Of a DNA stretch of 64,000 nucleotides, positions 28,978-39,386 are shown one piece after another. The notes under the pieces were generated by a model that did no database searches, was not told the DNA's origin, and worked only from the letters and a program-made list of their open reading frames with translations. Each line of letters starts with the position of its first letter. The first letter of the stretch is position 1. Source of the stretch: Desulfuromonadales bacterium (GTDB lineage: Bacteria > Desulfobacterota > Desulfuromonadia > Desulfuromonadales > UBA2197); the NCBI GenBank assembly GCA_014859605.1, contig JACUTW010000002.1, positions 17,711 to 81,710 on the forward strand, in the 5' to 3' direction. Both the position numbers and the translations under genes were made by a program.

Positions 28978-30246
28978 TTACTGTTCCCGCAACACCGTCC
29001 TATTCGGCCAGGCGAGGAGCGCGATGCCGAGCAAGCGCCCGCAGACCAGCGCCAAGGCGGCATCGACGGCGCCGGAGTAGGGGGAATAGCGGACCAGGAG
29101 AAAGAGAAGGATAAAGATCGCGGCGGTTTCGAGGAGCGTTGCCAGCGAGATCGGTGTGGTCGTCCGGGCATGGAGGAGGACGCCGCGCTGCAGTGACTGG
29201 GTGAGGGTCAGGGCAGGGAGGATTGCCTGGATGCACAAGGGGGCGAGGGCAAAGGCGGCGAGTTCAGGGGGGAGTCCGGAAAAATCCTCCAGCCAAAGGG
29301 TGGAGAGGGGGGTGAAGGCGATGATGATTAAAGGGAGGGTGGCGCCGATCGCCAGATAAAAGCCGAAGTTGCGGATGCGGCGATAGTTGACGAACTTCAC
29401 CCCCATCAGGGCAATGGCAACTTCCTGATAGGACAGGCCGATGGCGCGGAAAAGGAAGGTCAGGCCGTTGACGACCGGAACGACCGCCAGCGACTGGACC
29501 GGAAAGAGGGCGCGGCCGAGGAAGAAGGTGATCATCGGCTGGACGCTGAGGGCGACGACCGGGGTTAGGGCGAGGGGGAAGTAGAAGGCGCAGAGGTGGC
29601 GCAAAGAGAGTTCGCCGTCGGGATGCGGGGTGGTGCAGGCCTTGATCTTGCGGATAATCCCGGCCGACAGGAAGCGAATGGTCAACACCTCGGCGACCAC
29701 GCCGCAACTGAGGGCGGCACCGCCGATGCGGGTGCCGTCGAGAGATGAGTAAGCGGCGAGGAGGAGGGCGCAACTGCTCATGCCGAGCAGTCGCACCGCG
29801 GTGCCGACAGTGATCCGCTGCGTCTGGCCATGGCGGATCAGCAATCCCTGATAGAAGCGGCGCATGCCGATCGCCGCCGGCCAGGGGAGGAGCAGGAGGA
29901 GGGCGCCGTGCGCATGTTCAGCGACGAGCGGCTGGAGTCCGACAAGATCGATGGCGATGCGGCTGAAGAGCGCCGGGATGCAGAGGATGGCGAGGCAGGC
30001 GGTGACGCCCAGGCAGAGGGACAGAGAAAAATATTTGAGCTGCCGGTAACTGCGCTCTTCCTGCACCAGAGCCGTGGAGGCGCTCATCAACATGATGATC
30101 GGCGCTTCACTGACCAAAGCAAAGGCGTAGGCGACTCCGTAAGCAGCGAGATTGATGGCGGGATCGCCGAGACGGGCGATAATCGCCGCGATCAACGGCC
30201 CCTCCGCCGCCATCATCAGCCACGCCCCCGCCAAGGGGTACCACAT
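28978..30246 (-). CDS. MATE/MOP-superfamily-like polytopic membrane protein
   Basis: 422 aa, about 12 TM. N-terminal PLAGAWLMMAAEGPLIAAIIARLGDPAINLAAYGVA resembles MATE-like exporters. Family assignment is tentative. Confidence 0.5.
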   Translation of the reverse strand: MWYPLAGAWLMMAAEGPLIAAIIARLGDPAINLAAYGVAYAFALVSEAPIIMLMSASTALVQEERSYRQLKYFSLSLCLGVTACLAILCIPALFSRIAIDLVGLQPLVAEHAHGALLLLLPWPAAIGMRRFYQGLLIRHGQTQRITVGTAVRLLGMSSCALLLAAYSSLDGTRIGGAALSCGVVAEVLTIRFLSAGIIRKIKACTTPHPDGELSLRHLCAFYFPLALTPVVALSVQPMITFFLGRALFPVQSLAVVPVVNGLTFLFRAIGLSYQEVAIALMGVKFVNYRRIRNFGFYLAIGATLPLIIIAFTPLSTLWLEDFSGLPPELAAFALAPLCIQAILPALTLTQSLQRGVLLHARTTTPISLATLLETAAIFILLFLLVRYSPYSGAVDAALALVCGRLLGIALLAWPNRTVLREQ

Positions 30247-30301
30247 CCGGCAGATGGTGCGATAACTTAAGGGCGCAGGATGCTCCGCTGTTGGCGATGC
30301 G

Positions 30302-31120
30302 TCAATGACTCTTTCTCCCGAGTTCGCGGGAGCGGTTGGCCGCCGCTGCTACCGCGGCCATCAGGGCTGCCCGCAAACCCTGTTCTTCGAGAGTTTTGAT
30401 GGCGGCGATCGTCGTCCCGCCGGGGGAGCAGACCTTGTCGCGGAGCAGGGCCGGATGTTCGTTACTCTCTTTGACAAGTTGGGCGGCACCAAGGACGGTC
30501 TGGGTAGCCAGGGACAGGGCGATGTCGCGGGGGAGGCCTTGCTGGACGCCGCCATCGGCGAGGGCTTCGATAACCGTGAAGATGTAGGCGGGGCCGGAGC
30601 CGGAGAGACCGGTGACAGCATCGAGCTGCTCTTCGCTGACCAGGCAGGCGATGCCGAAGGTGGTGAAGAGTTGTTGCGCCAGCAAAAGATCGGCCTCACG
30701 GGCATAACGGCCGCGACACAGGCCGGTGGCACCAAAGCCGACCAGCGCCGGGGTGTTCGGCATCGCCCGCACTACGCGGGACGATGGGCCGAGCAGATCT
30801 TCGAGGGTGGCGGTCGCCACCCCGGCAAGGATCGAGATCAGCAGTTTTTCGGCGGTGAAAGCCGGAGCGAGGGCGGCGACAACCGGTGTTGCGATCTGCG
30901 GTTTGATCGCCAGGACGATAATGTCACTGTTACTGACGACCACCAGATTGTCGTCAGTCGTCGCTACGTTGTAGGTGTTGGCCAGAAAGGTGCGGCGGGG
31001 GGCGGCCGGTTCGGCGACCAGGAGATTCGTGGCTGCGTAGCCGCCCTTGAGCAGCCCCTTGATAAAGGCCTCGGCCATGTTGCCGCCGCCGATAAAGCCG
31101 ATCCGTCCTGCATTCTCCAT
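30302..31120 (-). CDS. proC: pyrroline-5-carboxylate reductase
   Basis: Start preferred at ATG 31120 (MENAGRIGFIGGGNMAEA Rossmann motif). C-terminal VCSPGGTTIAAIKTLEE is the ProC signature. Confidence 0.9.
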   Translation of the reverse strand: MENAGRIGFIGGGNMAEAFIKGLLKGGYAATNLLVAEPAAPRRTFLANTYNVATTDDNLVVVSNSDIIVLAIKPQIATPVVAALAPAFTAEKLLISILAGVATATLEDLLGPSSRVVRAMPNTPALVGFGATGLCRGRYAREADLLLAQQLFTTFGIACLVSEEQLDAVTGLSGSGPAYIFTVIEALADGGVQQGLPRDIALSLATQTVLGAAQLVKESNEHPALLRDKVCSPGGTTIAAIKTLEEQGLRAALMAAVAAAANRSRELGRKSH

Positions 31121-31274
31121 GATTTTGACCCTTTCGCTGCCGTCTGAAGTGCCGCTATCTAAAGCGGAAAGAACCTTTGCTGTCAAGCCTTTCCGTGCAT
31201 TGCCTTTTCAGAATCTGCATGCTAAAAAGTTGCATGGGTTTTCGGTTTTTACTGGTAAAGAGAAGGAGTGAACG

Positions 31275-31595
31275 ATGACGCAAGAAGAGTTGGCAGCTTT
31301 CGACGGCCAGTCCGGGCGCAAGGCGTATGTCGCGGTGAACGGCAAGGTTTTTGATGTGACAGCGAGTCCCTACTGGCAGAATGGCAACCACCAGAATGCG
31401 CATCAGGCCGGCACGGATCTAAGTGCCGACCTGCTCAAGGCGCCGCATGTCCGCTCGGTGATCGAGCGTTTTCCGGTCGTCGCTGTACTTGAAGAGGTCC
31501 CGTTACCCAAGGTGAAAGGGGCGGGGGGGAAGACGGGGATGATAATTGCGGCGCTGCTCGGGGCCGCAGCACTGTTCTGGTTGATGCTGCGCTGA
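31275..31595 (+). CDS. cytochrome b5-like haem/steroid-binding domain protein with C-terminal TM anchor
   Basis: LAAFDGQSGRKAYVAVNGKVFDVTAS matches the MAPR/b5-like pattern. Hydrophobic C-terminus. Confidence 0.65.
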   Translation: MTQEELAAFDGQSGRKAYVAVNGKVFDVTASPYWQNGNHQNAHQAGTDLSADLLKAPHVRSVIERFPVVAVLEEVPLPKVKGAGGKTGMIIAALLGAAALFWLMLR

Positions 31596-31597
31596 GC

Positions 31598-32017
31598 TTA
31601 AAACTCTCCGGCGTCTTCCCGGCGAATCAGTTCAGCAAAAGTGTAGTTGCGAAGGATGGTGGAGAACTCTTCCCGGATCTCCCGCCAGACGCCGTGGACC
31701 GGGCAGGAGGTATGGCGGGCGCAGCCCCCTTCTTCAATCAGGCACTGGTTGATGTACAGGGGACCTTCCTGTGAAGCGATGATATCGAAGAGGGTGATCT
31801 CAGTCGGATCTTTGACGAGGAAGAAGCCGCCGCCGACGCCGCGCTGCGAAGCAACGATGCCGCATTTGATCAGGGGCTGGAGGATTTTGGTCAAAAAGGC
31901 CGGGGTTATATCCTGGGCGGCACAGATGTCTTTTTTGTAAACGACTTCCCCTTTCGGCTGTTTTGCCATGTGGAGGATGGCTCGTACGGCATATTCTGTT
32001 GCGCGGGTGATAATCAC
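31598..32017 (-). CDS. Rrf2-family transcriptional regulator (Fe-S type)
   Basis: MIITRATEYAVRAILHMA wHTH. Three clustered Cys (C..x..C.....C) as in IscR/NsrR-type members. Confidence 0.85.
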   Translation of the reverse strand: MIITRATEYAVRAILHMAKQPKGEVVYKKDICAAQDITPAFLTKILQPLIKCGIVASQRGVGGGFFLVKDPTEITLFDIIASQEGPLYINQCLIEEGGCARHTSCPVHGVWREIREEFSTILRNYTFAELIRREDAGEF

Positions 32018-32173
32018 AATAACCTCCGAATGATAACTTTGCCGGTATTATTACTCGGGTTGTCAGCTAGTTGTCAATGTAAAGTTCAGAAAGAGCGCTG
32101 GCTGCTACGTTCCTTGTTTATTCTCCCCCCCTTTTTCTGCTATGGTTAGCCGCCTATAACCAAAGGGGGTTTC

Positions 32174-34669
32174 ATGTCAAAGTTCAACAAGCCACTTCTT
32201 TATCTGCTCTTTGCCCTGTCCGGATTCAGTGCGCTCGTTTATGAAATCCTTTGGACCCGCTACCTTTCCCTGACCTTCGGCACGACGATTGTTGCCGCGA
32301 GTGTGGTTGCTGCCACCTTTATGGCCGGGTTGGCCATCGGCAGTTACCTCCTCGGTCGTTATGCCGATCAGCAAAGCAATCTGCTGCGCGTCTATGCGTT
32401 TCTCGAAATCGGCATCGCCCTCTCCGCTTTCCTCTTCCCCCCGACCCTGCAAATCGTCGAAACCATTTACATCGGCATTCTCCAGGCCTTTCCGCACTAT
32501 CCGGGGATAACTCATCTCCTCCACTTTGCTTTTGCGGCCCTCCTCCTCCTCCCGCCGACGATCTGCATGGGCGGCACCTTTCCGCTCATGTGCCGTTTCT
32601 TTGCGCGGAAAAAATCTGGCGGACAGATCGGCCGTCTTTATGCCCTCAACACCTTCGGCGCTACGGCCGGTGCCTTTCTCGGGGGCTATCTGCTTATTCC
32701 TTCGCTCGGGATCTCGGCCACCGGTTATCTGGCAATCGCCATCAACCTCGGGATTGCCGCGGTCAGCTTCGCCCTTTCCCGGCAAATCGGCCATGCCGAT
32801 CCTCTCGACGTTTCCAGGGCGCGTCGCCCCGAACAGCCCCTGCTCTGGACAAAACACCGGAGCGTCCTTGTCGCCATCGGCTGCATCGGCCTCTTTTCCC
32901 TGGCTTACGAAATTCTTTGGACGCGGCTCTTTCTCCTCTTTTTAGGGAATACCACCTATGCCTTTTCATTGATTCTCAGTGCTTTTCTCATTGGTCTTGC
33001 CGCCGGTGGCGCCCAGTACGCGCGGATCGTCAAGCCGGAACTCAAGGAAAAAGAACTTTTTATTATCCTGACGACCCTGATGGCGCTGGTCGTGCTTTTC
33101 ACCGTCCCCTTTTATGATCAGTTGGCCCAACTTTTTCTCACCGCCCATCAGATTGCTGATGAGAGTTGGTGGCTCCTCTCTTTTCTTTCTTATCTGATAG
33201 TTTTGGTTGTCATCGCCGCCCCGGCGGTCCTTTCCGGTGCCCTCCTCCCGGCCGCAGTGGCGATCATCGATCCAGGAAAAGTGCGCACCGGCGAAGGGGT
33301 GGGGCTCGTCGTGCTGGCGAATACGGTCGGCGCTGTCCTTGGTGCGCTCCTTGCCGGTTTCCTCCTGATTCCTCTTTTGGGCGTGCAGAACAGTTTTCGC
33401 CTGCTCGCCGTCGGCAATCTCATTTTGGGTTTTTATCTTTTCCTGCGCTTTCGCCCGGCTGGAATCCTTCGCTTCCTGTGTCCGGCGTTCCTCGCCTGCG
33501 GACTTTTGGTCGCTATCTTCCCCATGACCTGGCGGCCGGAATTGATGAACAGCGGCGTTTATATCTATGCCCAGAAATATTTGCAGATGGGGGGGCTCGA
33601 CAAAATTCTTGCACAGGAAAGAATTCTCAAGGTTATTGAGGGGCGCGAAACGACCGTTGCCATTCATGAATCCCTCGATGGACAGAGCCGCTTTTTTACC
33701 GTCAACGGCAAGACCGACGGCGGCACCGGTATGGATATGGCGACGCAGATCCTCGTCGGTCAGCTCCCTCTCCTCCTCCATCCCGCCCCGGCGGAGGTGC
33801 TGGTCATCGGTCTTGGCACCGGCATCTCTCTGCATGGTCTGGCCGATCATCCGGTGAAGAAGATCGATTGTGTCGAGATCTCCCCGGAAGTTGTCAAAGC
33901 CTATGATTACTTCAAAGACGTCACCGACGATCCGCTGCAGGATCCTAAAGTTGAACTTCTTATCGATGACGGTCGTAATCACCTTCTGACCACGGCCAAG
34001 CAATATGACGTTATCGTCTCCGAGCCCTCGAATCCCTGGCAAAGCGGCAATGCCAATCTCTTTACCGACGATTTTTATAAAATAGCTGCCGCCCACCTCA
34101 AGCCGGATGGCCTCTTCTGTCAATGGATCGGACTTTACGACATTACCCCGGAAAATTTGCGCACCCTGGCCCGCACCTTTCTGCGCACCTTTCCGCGGGC
34201 GATGGTCTTCTCCGCCGGCAGTGATCTGGTGATTGTCGGCGCCCAGCAGGAACTGATCTTCGATTATGAAGCGCTGAACCGCCGCATGCAGGTGCCCGGC
34301 ATCAAGAATGCTCTGGCCGACATCGGCATTCACTCCCCCGGAGAGCTGATCGCTACTCACTATCTTTATTCTGAAGAGCCCTTTGCCCGGTTGGCGGGAA
34401 ATGCCCGAATCAACAGCGACGACCAGCCGATCCTGGAGTATTCAGCCCGCTATAATCTCGGCGCCAAGACTTTAGGGGAATTTCAAAAAGCGAATACGCA
34501 GTTGGTCCACCAATATCACGACAAAGTCTTTCTGCCGCTGCTCAACCTTGGCGCCACCCCGCTGCAGGTTGCTCAAACCTTGCGCGATCTCGGTCATGGC
34601 TATGCGAAGATCGGCAAGCCGGACGCGGCGCGAAATTTTTTGCGTAAAGCCGAGTCCCTGGAAAATTGA
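32174..34669 (+). CDS. fused polytopic membrane domain + spermidine-synthase-like methyltransferase-fold protein
   Basis: About 450 aa of TM segments, then VLVIGLGTGISL (SAM-type fold) and DVIVSEPSNPW, typical of spermidine-synthase-family fusions. TPR-like tail. Confidence 0.7.
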   Translation: MSKFNKPLLYLLFALSGFSALVYEILWTRYLSLTFGTTIVAASVVAATFMAGLAIGSYLLGRYADQQSNLLRVYAFLEIGIALSAFLFPPTLQIVETIYIGILQAFPHYPGITHLLHFAFAALLLLPPTICMGGTFPLMCRFFARKKSGGQIGRLYALNTFGATAGAFLGGYLLIPSLGISATGYLAIAINLGIAAVSFALSRQIGHADPLDVSRARRPEQPLLWTKHRSVLVAIGCIGLFSLAYEILWTRLFLLFLGNTTYAFSLILSAFLIGLAAGGAQYARIVKPELKEKELFIILTTLMALVVLFTVPFYDQLAQLFLTAHQIADESWWLLSFLSYLIVLVVIAAPAVLSGALLPAAVAIIDPGKVRTGEGVGLVVLANTVGAVLGALLAGFLLIPLLGVQNSFRLLAVGNLILGFYLFLRFRPAGILRFLCPAFLACGLLVAIFPMTWRPELMNSGVYIYAQKYLQMGGLDKILAQERILKVIEGRETTVAIHESLDGQSRFFTVNGKTDGGTGMDMATQILVGQLPLLLHPAPAEVLVIGLGTGISLHGLADHPVKKIDCVEISPEVVKAYDYFKDVTDDPLQDPKVELLIDDGRNHLLTTAKQYDVIVSEPSNPWQSGNANLFTDDFYKIAAAHLKPDGLFCQWIGLYDITPENLRTLARTFLRTFPRAMVFSAGSDLVIVGAQQELIFDYEALNRRMQVPGIKNALADIGIHSPGELIATHYLYSEEPFARLAGNARINSDDQPILEYSARYNLGAKTLGEFQKANTQLVHQYHDKVFLPLLNLGATPLQVAQTLRDLGHGYAKIGKPDAARNFLRKAESLEN

Positions 34670-34755
34670 CCTCCCCCTCGTGCGGTAATTATGCTAATCT
34701 GACTAATCTGCTCAGCATACATGGAGCACGACTCAACTTTACGGAGACTGTCCGC

Positions 34756-36135
34756 ATGCTCGAACCCCGCATCCTCAAAACCCTGATCAGCATTGTCGGA
34801 AAGGAGCAGGTTGCCACCGAACCGGCCGATCTGCTTTGCTACAGTTACGACGCCACCCAGCAATCGTTCCTCCCCGAAGTGGTTGTGCACCCCGCCACTG
34901 CCGCCGAGATCGCCGCGATCATCAAGCTCGCCAATGCCGAATTGATCCCGGTCTTTCCGCGCGGCGCCGGCAGCGGCTTCTCCGGCGGTTCGCTGCCGAC
35001 CAAAGGGGGGATCGTCCTCACCACTGAACGGATGGATCGCATCCTGCAGATCGACGAAGAGAATCTCATTGCTGTCGTCGAGCCCGGAGTGGTGACCGAA
35101 CAGTTTCAACTCGCGGTAGAGAAGGTCGGCCTTTTCTATCCGCCTGATCCCGCTTCCCTGAAGTTTTCGACCCTCGGTGGCAATGTTGCCGAATGCGCCG
35201 GCGGGCCGCGTTGCGTCAAGTACGGCGTCACCAAGGATTACATCCTCGGCCTCGAAGTCATCACTCCGACCGGCGATATCATCACCACCGGCGGCCCGAC
35301 GATGAAGGGGGTGGTCGGCTACGATCTCACCAAACTCCTTTGCGGTTCGGAAGGGACGCTGGGGATTATCAGCAAGATCGTCATCAAACTTCTGCCCCTG
35401 CCGGAAGCGAAGAAGACGATGCTGGTGATGTTCGACTCCATCGACGGCGCCGCCCAGGCGGTCTCGGCGATCATCCGTCACAAGATTATCCCCACCACCC
35501 TCGAATTCATGGATGGCCGCACCATCGACTGCGTCCGGCAGGCGACCGGTCTCGATGTGCCGCTGGCCGCGCGCGCCCTCCTCATCATCGAGGTTGATGG
35601 CGATCGCGATCTCCTTGACAAACAGGCCGCGAAGATCGCCGAGATCATCCGCCCCTTGGGCGTTGTCGAGACCCGCATCGCCACTACCCCGGCGGAGAGC
35701 GAAGCGTTGTGGCAGATTCGCCGCTCGGTCTCGGCGAGTTTGCGCAAGGTCAATCCCGACAAGTTCAACGAGGATATCTGCGTGCCGCGCAGCAAACTGC
35801 CGGAGATGATTCGCAAGATCGACGTCATCGCCGAGAAGTTCAGCATCCCTATCGTCAACTTCGGCCACGCCGGCGACGGCAATATCCATGTCAATATCAT
35901 GATCGACAAGAAGGTGCCGGGGGAGCTGGAGAAAGCGCATCACGCCATTGAAGAGGTCTTCAAGGGGGCGCTGGACCTCGGCGGAACGATGAGCGGCGAG
36001 CACGGCGTCGGTATCGCCAAGGCGCCCTATATCCCCCTGGAGATCACCCCGCAAGCGGCCCTGTACATGAAGACGCTGAAGAAGTCGCTGGACCCCAACA
36101 ATATCCTCAATCCCGGCAAGATTTTTTTAGATTAA
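34756..36135 (+). CDS. FAD-linked oxidase (GlcD / D-lactate dehydrogenase-like)
   Basis: Start preferred at ATG 34756 (MLEPRILKTL). FAD_binding_4 pattern PRGAGSGFSGGSLP. C-terminal GGTMSGEHGVGIAK. Confidence 0.85.
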   Translation: MLEPRILKTLISIVGKEQVATEPADLLCYSYDATQQSFLPEVVVHPATAAEIAAIIKLANAELIPVFPRGAGSGFSGGSLPTKGGIVLTTERMDRILQIDEENLIAVVEPGVVTEQFQLAVEKVGLFYPPDPASLKFSTLGGNVAECAGGPRCVKYGVTKDYILGLEVITPTGDIITTGGPTMKGVVGYDLTKLLCGSEGTLGIISKIVIKLLPLPEAKKTMLVMFDSIDGAAQAVSAIIRHKIIPTTLEFMDGRTIDCVRQATGLDVPLAARALLIIEVDGDRDLLDKQAAKIAEIIRPLGVVETRIATTPAESEALWQIRRSVSASLRKVNPDKFNEDICVPRSKLPEMIRKIDVIAEKFSIPIVNFGHAGDGNIHVNIMIDKKVPGELEKAHHAIEEVFKGALDLGGTMSGEHGVGIAKAPYIPLEITPQAALYMKTLKKSLDPNNILNPGKIFLD

Positions 36136-36192
36136 TTATCAGACGGATCGGTCGGATCGGACTGATCCGTCTGATCTCAAAAGGCAACAGAA

Positions 36193-37455
36193 ATGGCCAA
36201 ACTCAAAGATCTGGAAGATTATCAGGAAGAGATCAACCAGTGCGTCAAATGCGGTGCCTGTCGGGCGCATTGCCCGGTTTTTGCTGCCGAAAAGCGCGAA
36301 GGACGGGTGGCGCGGGGGAAGGTGGCGCTGTGTCAGGCTCTGCTGACCGGCGAGGTCAAGGCGGAAGGGAAGGTGTTGGAAGATCTTTCCCAGTGTCTCC
36401 TTTGCGGCAGCTGCGAAGCGCAGTGTCCGAACAAGGTGCCGACCGACGAGATCGTTGCGGCGGCGCGGCGCCGCATCGTTGAAGAGCGCGGTCTGACCAC
36501 GGTCGGCGCCGCCGTGGCGGCCCTCCTCAGTCGGCCGCGGCTGATGAATCTGGCGGCGAAGACCAGCGGCGCCCTGTCGAACCTCCTCTTCAAGAAGATC
36601 CCGGCCCAGAGCGGTCTGCATCTGCGCTTTCCTGCCCCTTATCTCGAAGGAGGGCGCACCTTGCCCCCCCTCACCGCCAAACCCTTCCGCGAGCGGGTAC
36701 CGGAAGTGATCCCCGGCGACCCCGACCGGCCGACCGTCGCCTTCTTTACCGGCTGCGGCATCAACTACATGTATCCGGAGATCGGCGAGGCCCTGCTTAA
36801 GGTTCTCAAATTCATCGGTGTCACGGTGATTATCCCCAAAGATCAGGTCTGCTGCGGCCTGCCGGCAGTCAGTGCCGGCGCCGGTGCCACGGTTGAAGCC
36901 CTTGCCGCCGAAAATCTTCGCGCCCTGTCCCGCACTCCTGTCGATCAGATCGTCACCGCCTGCGCCTCGTGCAGTGCCGGTCTCGGTAAGATCCATCCGC
37001 AGATGGGGGAAGAGTACGCGGCGCAGGGGAAGAAATGCATCGATATCTTCGTCTTTCTCGTACAGCAGGGACTGGCCGAGAAGCTTGCCGCCCTCCCCAA
37101 GGCCGCACAGCGGACGAAAGTCACCTGGCACGATCCCTGTCATCTCCGCACCCGCGGCATCACCAAAGAGCCCCGCCAGATCCTCGCCAGTCTGCCGCAG
37201 GTCGATTTCGTCGAGATGGCCGGCGCCGCCAGCTGTTGCGGTCTCGGCGGTACTTACTCGGTTTATCATTACCAGCACAGCAAGAAGATCGGCGCCAGAA
37301 AAGCCGTCAACATCAAGGAGAGTGGCGCTGAACTGGTGGCGACCGACTGTCCCGGCTGCATTATGCAGCTGCAGGACAGTATCAACCACCTCGGTGAGCA
37401 GGCCCGCGCCGTGCATCTGCTCGAACTGGTGGTGGCAGCGTTACCGGCAGAGTAA
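36193..37455 (+). CDS. (Fe-S)-binding CCG-domain oxidoreductase subunit (GlcF-like)
   Basis: Two ferredoxin motifs (CVKCGACRAHCP, CLLCGSCEAQCP) and two CCG motifs (QVCCGLP, ASCCGLGG). Confidence 0.8.
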   Translation: MAKLKDLEDYQEEINQCVKCGACRAHCPVFAAEKREGRVARGKVALCQALLTGEVKAEGKVLEDLSQCLLCGSCEAQCPNKVPTDEIVAAARRRIVEERGLTTVGAAVAALLSRPRLMNLAAKTSGALSNLLFKKIPAQSGLHLRFPAPYLEGGRTLPPLTAKPFRERVPEVIPGDPDRPTVAFFTGCGINYMYPEIGEALLKVLKFIGVTVIIPKDQVCCGLPAVSAGAGATVEALAAENLRALSRTPVDQIVTACASCSAGLGKIHPQMGEEYAAQGKKCIDIFVFLVQQGLAEKLAALPKAAQRTKVTWHDPCHLRTRGITKEPRQILASLPQVDFVEMAGAASCCGLGGTYSVYHYQHSKKIGARKAVNIKESGAELVATDCPGCIMQLQDSINHLGEQARAVHLLELVVAALPAE

Positions 37456-37471
37456 GCTTTCGTATATCAGC

Positions 37472-37510
37472 AAAAAAGCGCGATCATCCTCAGGGAAGAT
37501 CGCGCTTTTT
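37472..37510. terminator. bidirectional rho-independent terminator between convergent glcF-like and moaA
   Basis: AAAAAAGCGCGATC-12 nt loop-GATCGCGCTTTTT. Confidence 0.65.
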
Positions 37511-37531
37511 CGTGTGGATTGTGGGGGAAGA

Positions 37532-38572
37532 TCAGCCGCCGATGCCGTGCATCCGGCGACTGGCGGGGGCAAAGTCGTCACTGCCGATACGGTGGCCAAG
37601 AGGTTTATTCCCGGTCGCCTGGAGGAGAAGGTCACGAAGTTCCTGGTCGCTGCCGCCGGCGCGTAGCGGGCTGCGCAGATCGATCTCTTCGGTGGAGAAG
37701 AGACAGGGGCGGAGGCGGCCATCGGCGGTGAGGCGCAAACGGTTACATGCGCCGCAGAAGTGCTGCGAAACAGCCGGGATGATGCCGATTTTTCCGGCAT
37801 AGCCGGAGAGTTGGTAGCAGTTGGCCGGGCCGGCGGTGGCGCTGGTCGGGACGGCTTCGAGGTGTCCGAGTCGCTGCAATCGGGCGATGATTTCCGCGGC
37901 ACCGACACGCTGGCGGCTGTCATACTCCAGACCGGTGCTGACCGGCATGAATTCGATAAAACGGATTTCCCAGGGGTTTTCGCGGGACAGGGCGGCAAAG
38001 GCTTCGATCTCGTCGTCATTGACGCCGCGAATCGCCACCATGTTGATCTTGAGCGGGGAAAAACCGACCGCCGCGGCGCGGTGCAGGCCGGCAAGCACTG
38101 CGTCGAGACCGTCGCGGCGGGAGATTTCGCGAAAACGTTCGGGGTTCAGGGAATCGAGGCTGACATTGATCCGATTCAGTCCCGCCGCTTTCAATGCTTC
38201 CGCCATGCCCGCCAAAAGAATACCGTTGGTGGTCAGGGTGAGTTCCAGGTCCGGATCGAGAGTCCGTAACTGCTGGATAAAGCTGGTCAGGCCCCGCCGG
38301 ACCAGCGGTTCGCCGCCGGTGATACGGACTTTGCGGACACCGAGAGCAACGGCAATCCCGGTGATTCGCAACAACTCTTCATAGCTGAGGACGGCATGGT
38401 GCGGCAGCGATTCAACGCCGTCCTCCGGCATGCAGTAGCGGCAGCGCAGGTTGCAGCGATCGGTGATGGAGAGGCGCAGATAATCGATGGTGCGGCCAAA
38501 ATTATCTTGCAACAAAGGGGGCGTCCTTGAAAAATGCCGGTTTGAGGAGATCGTTCGGGAGTTGAGAAGCAA
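37532..38572 (-). CDS. moaA: GTP 3',8-cyclase MoaA (radical SAM)
   Basis: FGRTIDYLRLSITDRCNLRCRYCMP (CxxxCxxC) and C-terminal CxxC..C cluster (FCGACNRLRLTADG). The true start may be a TTG near 38508. Confidence 0.9.
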   Translation of the reverse strand: MLLNSRTISSNRHFSRTPPLLQDNFGRTIDYLRLSITDRCNLRCRYCMPEDGVESLPHHAVLSYEELLRITGIAVALGVRKVRITGGEPLVRRGLTSFIQQLRTLDPDLELTLTTNGILLAGMAEALKAAGLNRINVSLDSLNPERFREISRRDGLDAVLAGLHRAAAVGFSPLKINMVAIRGVNDDEIEAFAALSRENPWEIRFIEFMPVSTGLEYDSRQRVGAAEIIARLQRLGHLEAVPTSATAGPANCYQLSGYAGKIGIIPAVSQHFCGACNRLRLTADGRLRPCLFSTEEIDLRSPLRAGGSDQELRDLLLQATGNKPLGHRIGSDDFAPASRRMHGIGG

Positions 38573-38582
38573 AAACTGTGCT

Positions 38583-38612
38583 ATTCTTGCAAAGGGCTTG
38601 CGAGCCTGTCAA
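38583..38612 (-). promoter_or_regulatory. candidate sigma70 promoter for moaA
   Basis: On the minus strand: TTGACA (38612-38607), 18-nt spacer, AAGAAT (38588-38583). Confidence 0.3.
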
Positions 38613-38666
38613 GTTCAGGATCTTTTCAGGAGATGACTTATTCAGCCATGTGACGTTCCTGCGCCA

Positions 38667-39386
38667 TTGTCGAAGATTACGCTCATCGGGACGGTGCACC
38701 ATGACCCGCGCAGTGCGGCGCCGTTAGCAGCTCTTCTGACGCAGCTGCAGCCGGACCGACTCACGGTGGAGATCGCGCCGGAGGTCGTCCTTTACCGCCA
38801 AACGCACGGCATCCTATTGCTGCGCAAGTTAGGGATGATCGTTGAGCGATTGGCTGGTTCGGCCGCATTGGCCCCGCTGCTCGCCGAGCATCCCGGCATC
38901 AAAACGATTCGCACCCTCCTCGGCTTGCCTTATGAGTTTAGCGTCGCCTGCAGTTATGCCCGGCAAAGGGGGATAAGGGTGGAGGCCATCGATCAGGCCG
39001 ATAGCTCTCTTGACAAGTTGCGACCGGTCGAAGAACACCTGATCTCGCTGCGCTATTTAAAGAAGATCATCTCTTCCCCCAAGGCAGCGCCTGCAGACAA
39101 TGCCCGCCGCTATGAGCTGGCCCGGCAACTTTTTGCCGCCCCGGATCCCCGGTTGCGGAGCGCCTTCCTGCAAGGCTGTCGCGGCGAGGAAGGGATCGGG
39201 CTGCGCGATCGTCATCTGGCGGAAAAGATCCGCTCGCTGGCGCAGAGTCAGCCCGGTCATCTGGTGCATATCGGTGGCTGGGTGCATCTGCTCGACGATC
39301 CTGCCGGCGAAACCCTTTATTCCCTCCTGGCTGACCTGCAGCCGCGCCGTCTCCTCCTGGATCCCGATCAACCGCTTACTCTGTAA
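38667..39386 (+). CDS. TraB/GumN-like family protein (tentative)
   Basis: TTG start. ITLIGTVHHD (LIGTxH), RDRHLAEKI and HIGGWVHL resemble the three conserved TraB/GumN blocks. Confidence 0.4.
   Translation: MSKITLIGTVHHDPRSAAPLAALLTQLQPDRLTVEIAPEVVLYRQTHGILLLRKLGMIVERLAGSAALAPLLAEHPGIKTIRTLLGLPYEFSVACSYARQRGIRVEAIDQADSSLDKLRPVEEHLISLRYLKKIISSPKAAPADNARRYELARQLFAAPDPRLRSAFLQGCRGEEGIGLRDRHLAEKIRSLAQSQPGHLVHIGGWVHLLDDPAGETLYSLLADLQPRRLLLDPDQPLTL

Noticed and set aside
31205-31240. Sigma-54-like promoter (CTGCATG-N8-TTGCAT) upstream of the b5-like gene.
   Set aside because: It lacks the invariant GG of the -24 element (TGGCAC), so the resemblance is superficial.
38500-38666. Possible molybdenum-cofactor riboswitch in the moaA leader.
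   Set aside because: A plausible promoter (TTGACA-18-AAGAAT) leaves only about 70 nt of 5' UTR, too short for the roughly 130-nt Moco motif. I could not recognise its conserved core by eye. Would need cmsearch with the Moco RNA model.
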